Assembly: GCF_037392515.1 (NCBI RefSeq)
Contig: NC_090280.1
Coordinates: forward strand, 54,237,037-54,301,036
Reading direction: 5' to 3'
Length of the DNA: 64,000 bases
Source of the DNA: Haliotis asinina
Taxonomy: Eukaryota
Made by a program: the position numbers and the translations under genes. Positions 56,881 to 64,000 of the stretch are shown one piece after another. Below the pieces are notes generated by a model. That model did not search any database. It was not told the DNA's origin and saw only the letters and a program-made list of their open reading frames with translations. The first letter of the stretch is position 1; each line of letters starts with the position of its first letter.

Positions 56881-57844
56881 TGAGTAACATAACGTGTCAA
56901 TGCGACCTCTTAAACCTTGACATGAACTTCACGTTCACTACCTCCATTCCAATTTTACTGGAAGATAGATTCTTCCGTTGCATGCGGAATGCATACTTTC
57001 GCCATAACCCAAGTGTTGCTCTCGTTCTTGAAAGGTACGCGTGATAGGTATGAATATACAATTCGTGGGGATTCTGACGAAAAAAAGTAAAAGAGAAAAG
57101 GGACATTTCAGAGCTCATAAAAATCTCAATCCAGTTATGCCACAAGCATGTGGTTATACATCCCTAGTAAAATCATCACATAGTGAAGACACCAAGTGTC
57201 ATGAGCAGTTTCACATAACCACCCATTGGTTTGTCAAACCTAACTATATCAGGGTGTTGTAGAGTTTCGTTGGATTTCATACTGCTGACCCGTGAAGATC
57301 CGGGTTAGAACTGATCTTCATTAACACTTGTTTGTCGCAAGAGACAGCTAACTGGATTGGCAGGTCAGGCTCGCTGGTTGACCGATGTCGATCGATATTC
57401 AAGCTTTTGATCACTGGATTATATGTTCCACAGCTGATTATTTACAGACCGCCGCCATGCAACTGGAATATTGCTGAGAGCGGCGTAAAACCTATCTCAC
57501 TCACTCACATACTGCTGATTGTAGCCTAAACATACAACCAATCACTGATTGTTATGGTAATGACTTATATATCTGCACTGCCTATGAAATGGCCCCATGG
57601 AGACTGGTGAACTTGTTAGGTGTGCATGTAAAGATGAATACCTTACAAACTGAACGGTTCATCTTCTCTTGTTTGTTTGTTTCTTTCTTTCTTATTTATC
57701 GCCACACTTAGCGAAATTGTAGCTTTATGACCACAAAATGTTAATAAGTAAACCTAGACCAGACAATCGAGAGTTTTGCGTCATGCGCATCGATCTACGC
57801 AATAGGGTCAAGATGACATGGCCTGATCAAGCATCAAGCCTTGG

Positions 57845-57935
57845 CCTAGATTTTCTAAGCTCTTGGTGAGTTAATGTTAATGTATGGCACTTACGACTAT
57901 CTTAGCGATAAGAGAACTTCGAATCTAGGCCATGT
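57845..57935. mobile_element. Small hairpin MITE-like element nested inside a SINE copy
   Basis: ggcctagatttt...gaatctaggcc inverted termini. A related copy at 56470-56550 (ggcctagattttgtaacc...aaatctaggtcc) has the same termini and a shared internal cgctaagatagtcgtaag segment in opposite orientation. Confidence 0.35.
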
Positions 57936-58934
57936 TTGCTTCATCAGGTTAATCGCCTCTTACGGCAAGCATGAGTTACTGTAGACCAATTATAACCCGG
58001 ATCATCACTGGAGACAAGTATGGGCTGCTGAAGACCAATTCTGACCCGGATCTTCACTGGAGACAAGTATGGGTTGCTGAAAAACAATTCCTACCCGGAT
58101 CCTCATAGGTTCATCTCCTCTAGTTCATTTAACTATTGACGTAGATGTTTTCGACTGAATCATAGAGATCCCCATCTGCGGACGAGTCATCGGCGATGTC
58201 TTTCGCCCAAGCTCCATTCGACGACTCATTTCTTCGTGGGATCTTCCCAGCAGTACCACCAACTCTCTCTCCGGAATTTAAAAAACACTGACGGACAGCG
58301 CTGTTGTTAGTGTAAAGGTTTCTAGCTCCAGAACAGCTTGTTGTCATGTCCATAGCATCATTCAAAGGTCGGGACCCATCTTTGTTTCTTCTACGATGTG
58401 CGCAGTAGCATGCAGTCCTGTAATACACAAAAAGAGCATTGTCCATGTCCGTACCTCTGGTATGACACTGTGTATCTTTTCAAACACAAACACATACACT
58501 AAAGTAACCTACTGACGCGATTTGGAAAGTATATATTGCTTGACCACTTTGATGAAATATTACAGCGCTAGCGTTGCTGAAGTAGTAGGTCGTCTGGAGG
58601 TATAGTTTGTCGTCATGTCAATGGCAGTGAACTGTCTATAAATTGGACAGGACTATGAAAATACAATGTATACTCCTCTCCTCTTGATAGGTAGGTGATC
58701 ATAAAATATGAATACCAAGGATCAGAACAAAAGTCTGTGTTCAGGGCGAAGAGAGGCGATGTCTAGTGAAGACCCGGGTTGGCTTCCTGACATGGGTACA
58801 AATCATTAACTTGTTTAATAAAAATGGCATTACACGGAAGGTCGTTTAGTATCCTCTATAATCCCCACACATCCCGTGATATGGACTAATTATGATGAAA
58901 TATATTCTATTACAATAGTATCAGGTATGCCTAC

Positions 58935-59007
58935 CAGACCAGCGACGTCACGACGACTGCAGCCACAGAGGCGATGACAGCGTACATGATGTGAACTTGT
59001 GCTGGGT
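58935..59007 (-). CDS. Host TSR/EGF gene, copy 2, transmembrane exon
   Basis: Acceptor gtgtttcag|, donor ctg|gtaggcat. 73 nt, paralogous to 1239-1311. Confidence 0.45.
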
Positions 59008-61786
59008 CTGAAACACATAGCAGTGATTTAAGAATGAACGCCTTTACTCCTTGGAACGAAAACTTCCTAACCTTTGCCAGTACATCTTATTCACAATCCC
59101 TCCCTTTTTTCTATTAAATTCTTCTTGGTTCCATTATGTTACAGGATGTCTTAACCTCAAAGAATCAAATCAATGTTTCAGTGATTTTACCTCTCCACAG
59201 ACCCATTGCGTTGCTGCTTAAAAGCCTGAAATAATCTAGTTTTTCACCTTTTAGAAAGGGGCATGACTGCCATTGCGTAGCTTCCGTCGTTTCAAGTTTG
59301 CATTCATCAAAACACTCTCTGCTGTTCTGCCCAATACGACAGCACGGCTTTCGGTTCCTGGACACTCTTCTGGTGGATGTGTCGCAGGTGTTCCAGCCTC
59401 CCCAGTCTCCCCAGGAACACTTGGAGCAGTTTCCATCAGTCACCTCTGAAACCAGCATTCCGTATCATGAACACATGCATGGGTATTTAACAAAACAGTA
59501 TTAATCTATCTGGACGTAAATCTGCTTCTGCTAAAGCATTAAAACGCTGTGTGTGGTCTATTGTCACATGGAGCGGGTTGGAGAGGACTGGAGTTTCGCA
59601 GATCAGGGTGAAGCGGAGTGTAGAGTAGTGGAGTGGAATGGAGAATGTAGACAGCTATAGTATGTTGATGCCAAAATGGTTCAAATCCATTATGTCCGAA
59701 TCACGATATTTGACCTGCCAGTACCAGTACTTGTTCAAACTGATAAGTGTCTACACATATTTTTTTCATTATTTTCATTATTTCTCTCAGCTGCTAGGAC
59801 ATTTTATAACTTAATATAGAATGTTGTTTCACTAAAGCACGTTGTCAGATTCACACCATAAAGATATACCTTTAGAACAGCACTGGCCAGAGTACCCCTG
59901 TGTGCAGTTACAGGTGCTGAAAGAGAAACTACCTCCGTTGTAGCATACGTCATTACAACTATCCGACTGAACTGTGTCCTCTTCGGCCAGTCCACAGTCA
60001 GACAGACAGTCCTCAACGTTCTGACCTTCACAGCAACATGGTGACCTTGACCTTGACCTGTAACCTCCACCACAATCTTTACTACAGCTGGTCCACTGTT
60101 GCCAAGTGTTCCATGAACATAAAGTGCAGCTGGGTCGTCCATCTGTACAATCGACATTCAGTAAAAGTAAACACATAAGTACGTCAACACACGATTAGGA
60201 AACCCCAAGGTATCGCCAAATTCCTGAGCGTCAACGTTAAATACACTAACAACATCTTAAATCCGGTGCTAAATCGCTGGAATGGACCACATCAGGGTTT
60301 AACTAACCACAAGAAAACAATATGAACTTTTTCAGTACTTTAGCACCTAAACTGAACGAAAGTAATATTTTGGGGAAATATATTCACGAACTGTTTGTAA
60401 ATGAGAACTCTGCATATAGGCCACCTTACATGCTGCACGTTAATTGTGTTCTCATAGCCTCGCAACTTTCTTTATGGCGTCTAAAATGCATATCTCGGAG
60501 CATGAAAGTAATTCACGTGGAAAACGTATGAACCACCTGAATAGCTGTCCATATTGGTGGACGTATTGTGAGAAGAAATACTCCTTTTTACAAACGGCCG
60601 CCAAATTGCGTGGACGTTCGATGAAAAGAGTGATACTGATAACAAGGAAACTTTTTTAGCCTGTTTGGAGACACTCGTTTCCATTCAAAGATCAGCTGTG
60701 GGAAATAAACTCAGAGGCGAAAGCTCTTGTGACAGGAATTTCATTTTGGAGGGGGGGGGGGGGGGGGGTAATCCTGTGAACGAATGTTGGGATTAGAGTT
60801 GTGTTCACAGATATATAACATGCAGTTGATGTTCACAGTTTCCAAGAAGCATGACATATTTGAGAAAACTGGCCTACAATGTTAACTTTGAAAGACCAGT
60901 CGACATGATATTTGTCCATTTCACTCAGTGCAGTATGAGGAAGTGCAGAAAAAAATCTCTGTTCATAGTTTGTTACTTCACTTTGCTCGTTGATGCAACG
61001 TCCATAAAAACGCCATTTGGCACGTTTCATCAAAGTAATCAAGTTAAAGATATTTATCGTTGTTCAGGGGCAGCAATAAGGCGAGTGTGGCTTGTATACG
61101 AATCAATACACAAAGTGGACACATTCCTTACTGACCGTGTGAACTTTCTGGTGAAGGTCCATCTGGTGAGTCTACTTTTGTGCCGCTTTTATCAACATTT
61201 GGGCAATATCACGGCGGGGTACACAATAAATGGACTTCACACACTGCACCCATGTAGGGAATCAAGCTCTGGGTCTTCCTCTTGACGAGCAACGCTTTAA
61301 CAACAGGGCTACTCCCATCTTGTGTTGGGGCTCATCTGCATATGTCACGCGCACTGACAGTTAACCGTGTTCATGAAACTTGCCTGTTCATTTAGTAACA
61401 TATCATTCGCCGTTGTAAAAAACAAAAACAATAAAACTCTGACTCTGTTTGCTGTCCGTGACGCAACTATAGCCTTTGAATATATGAAAAGAAGATAATT
61501 CTTTCAGACCTGTTCCAAAATAGAGGTAGAAATTTGCTACATACATTATATTGTCAATTACACTTTCTTAGTTAAATACAGATTCTAGTACATTTTCGAG
61601 TTAAGTCCCATCCTGGATTTGCACTCAAGGCGGATACTTACCATCACATAAAGTCAGCGGTAATCCCAAAATTGTGTTGAATTTGACAACTTTCTAAAAT
61701 CTTCCAATATGAGATGGTGATCCACTTTAATGGAAATCGTGACTATTGGATCCACTGTATTGGATTGCTGAAAATTGCCATTTTAC

Positions 61787-62021
61787 CTGTACCAACTCTC
61801 ACCATAACTGGTGCACCGTTTGGTGCAGACCCTCTTCTCAGTACTGTTGTCTCGAAAGTTGCAATCCTGTGTACATTTAGACGAGCTCAACCCTCTTCGA
61901 CAGCAGCGCCATCTTTTCCTGGTTCGTGTTCCACATCCACAGTCTGTGCTGCAGTCTCCCCAGGAGAACCAGTTGAACCACGTGCAGTGCCGGGCACAGT
62001 CACCTGACGCAGCCGTCTCGT
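61787..62021 (-). CDS. Host TSR/EGF gene, copy 2, exon 2 (thrombospondin type-1 repeat)
   Basis: WFNWFSWGDCSTDCGCGTRTRKRWRCC. Acceptor and donor in positions homologous to copy 1 exon 2. Confidence 0.5.
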
Positions 62022-62267
62022 CTGTAAACAAATTTTCAGCCCACACTACTTTTTATGTATCATGATTTATCATGAAAGATATTTACGGACGAAAACATTC
62101 GTGAAGTCATAACGAAGAAGGGTAGCAAGCAGTGATTATCTTTATTGCAATGCCCTTTTCGAGCAGCATAAGATCTCAAGATCTGTTAGTAAAACACAGG
62201 GCTAGGTGACATGAGACGTATACTCCAAGGTAATTCGAAAACCTGATTATTATCCTAAAACTCTCAC

Positions 62268-62583
62268 CTCGTTCACAACAAATTCCATATTTGAGAGGAG
62301 GACAGTGACAGTAGCCATCGATGAAGCTACCACCATTGGGGCACTGAGTCGCACATGGCTCTGTCTCCACAGACGTGTTGGGTCGGTGGCATTTGCCGAT
62401 ACAATCTGGAACATGAGCTCCACAGCACATCTTCCGTGTTCTAGTTCTCACCCCAGCACAGGTTCTGGTGCAGGAGCTCCACACACTCCAAGACTCCCAC
62501 TCACAGGCCTGAAGGCCCGATTCACACACACAGTACACAACCAGAGGCAGAACTACAGCGATGTACACCCTCACCAGATCCAT
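62268..62583 (-). CDS. Host TSR/EGF gene, copy 2, exon 1 (signal peptide, TSR and EGF)
   Basis: MDLVRVYIAVVLPLVVYCVCESGLQA, then a TSR and an EGF-like module about 95% identical to copy 1 exon 1. ATG at 62581-62583. Donor at 62267. Confidence 0.55.
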
Positions 62584-62954
62584 CTCTGGAAACCTAATGG
62601 ATGAAAGGATAATAATATTATATAAAACTGAAGTTCTTCGAAGCTTACATAAAATCATAAGCTCATGAGAGACATCTGTGTGTGCCATAATCCGGAAGTG
62701 GTCATACAAAGGAAAATCCTCATGGGGCTTTAGGGCGCGTGAATTTGTGAAAATAAGACATTGGTGGAAGTTTGGGTTATTGTGTCCAGACTAACCGTGC
62801 TAAATTTCTCAATGCATGAGCGTCAATTTTGTTGTGGTTTGTGAATTTTGTAATGATTTAAGTTGATGCTTGTTTGATGTAGATGAATGCAACTTCTGTG
62901 ACTTATCTTATATATAAACATAAATATAAACTTACACATTCACTTAATTATGAA

Positions 62955-62962
62955 TGGATTAT

Positions 62963-63037
<75 letters not shown>

Positions 63038-63040
63038 CTC
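62955..63040. repeat. Compound microsatellite (CT)n-(GT)n-(CT)n
   Basis: Direct. Confidence 0.9.
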
Positions 63041-63409
63041 TCCCTCTCTTTCTTGGATTGTCTGTTCTAGACTCGATTATTTACAGACCGCCGCCATATA
63101 GCTGGAATATTGCTGAGTGCGGCGTAAACCTCAGCTCACTCACTCTGAATATGTCGTACCGACCAAGATGAAAACAGTGCTGTTATCACCTCTGCAAGAA
63201 AAATCTCATCTGAATCCAGGCGTGCTCGAAAACTACATTCCGGTGTCAAATGTAACCTACATCTCAAAGTTCATAAAACGACTAGTTGCCTCTAAACGCA
63301 GCGAAAATGTCCTGCTAAGTGAATCTTTTGACCCCATGCCATCGGCATACAGGAAAGATCACAGCACATTTTGCGGACCGTGTATGTTAAGGGTTTGCTT
63401 TATTTTACT

Positions 63410-63452
<43 letters not shown>

Positions 63453-64000
63453 TTTTGGGGGGGGGGATATTTGTTTGATATCTATCACAGGCTTTTCTAG
63501 AGTACTCTTGCGGTTCGTATGCGATTCCATTACTCATCTGCGAATTGATGCAGTACAGATCAGCTGATTTAGTTGCAAACACATAACTTTTATTAGTTAT
63601 TTTGCTGTTAATCAAAGATATGATTGCTAATTCAGAAATTACCACAAAAAGATGTTTCAGCAGCGGCTCATTGTTAATTAGTGTTGCATAAACATTCTGT
63701 TTTAAGAAAATAGCATTTTAGATAAAGGACTCACGTGAGGAAGGGGGGATAATGGCAGCGGTTTTTAAATATATGATGAGTGCCTTTCTGGGGAAAGCGA
63801 CATCCTCCAAGATGCTAAAACTAAAGGAAAGACGTTCACATAACAACTGCTGACTCTTTTGCATTAGGTCGACACAAGTAATGTTGTTGCACGTCGTGTA
63901 TGACGACTGAGTTTCCATATACCTGGAGAGCCGTTGAAACGCATAGGAACTTTTGTGCATGAAGGAGTTCTCACAAGTACAGATTTACCTTTATTCACCT

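Larger units (their letters stand above)
58129..62583 (-). other. Host gene locus: TSR/EGF type-I membrane protein, copy 2
   Basis: Additional exons lie within 59832-60176 (TSR CSWNTWQQWTSCSKDCGGGYRSRSRSPCC plus EGF-like CNCTQGYSGQCC), within 59165-59458 (TSR CSWGDWGGWNTCDT...) and within 58129-58446 (cytoplasmic tail YYRTACYCAHRRRNK...). Boundaries are approximate. Confidence 0.45.

Overview
The window is eukaryotic (metazoan) genomic DNA, probably from a mollusc-like invertebrate. The evidence is canonical GT-AG introns, tRNA-derived SINE copies, LINE, Penelope-like and Tc1 fragments, and abundant micro- and minisatellites.

The centrepiece is a near-complete, recently inserted Polinton/Maverick (polintovirus-like) self-synthesising transposon of 14,303 bp (25322-39624).
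- Termini: 321-bp terminal inverted repeats (TIRs) with the canonical 5'-AG...CT-3' ends.
- Target-site duplication: a 5-bp exact 'aaacc' direct repeat.
- Compact virus-like genome: about 16 ORFs, 4-nt ATGA stop/start overlaps, and 30-bp AT-rich divergent promoter-like spacers.
- Recognisable genes: a protein-primed family-B DNA polymerase with three N-terminal SAP-like repeats; an rve (DDE) integrase whose 3' end lies inside the left TIR, so the right TIR carries a copy of it; an A32/FtsK-like packaging ATPase split by a 1-nt frameshift in an A4 homopolymer; and a candidate adenain-like protease.
- Unassigned ORFs: a 418-aa candidate major capsid protein, a tandem pair of paralogous lineage-specific ORFs, and several small membrane or Cys-rich ORFs.

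The element sits 255 bp downstream of the stop codon of a 5-exon host gene (gene A, 209 aa, predicted secreted). Gene A has a paralogue (gene B) at 47.1-54.2 kb whose intron 4 contains a 3.2-kb satellite with a 70-bp unit. Both window ends carry paralogous minus-strand genes for thrombospondin-type-1/EGF-domain type-I membrane proteins. All product assignments come from reading motifs in the translated ORFs, and no database search was possible.
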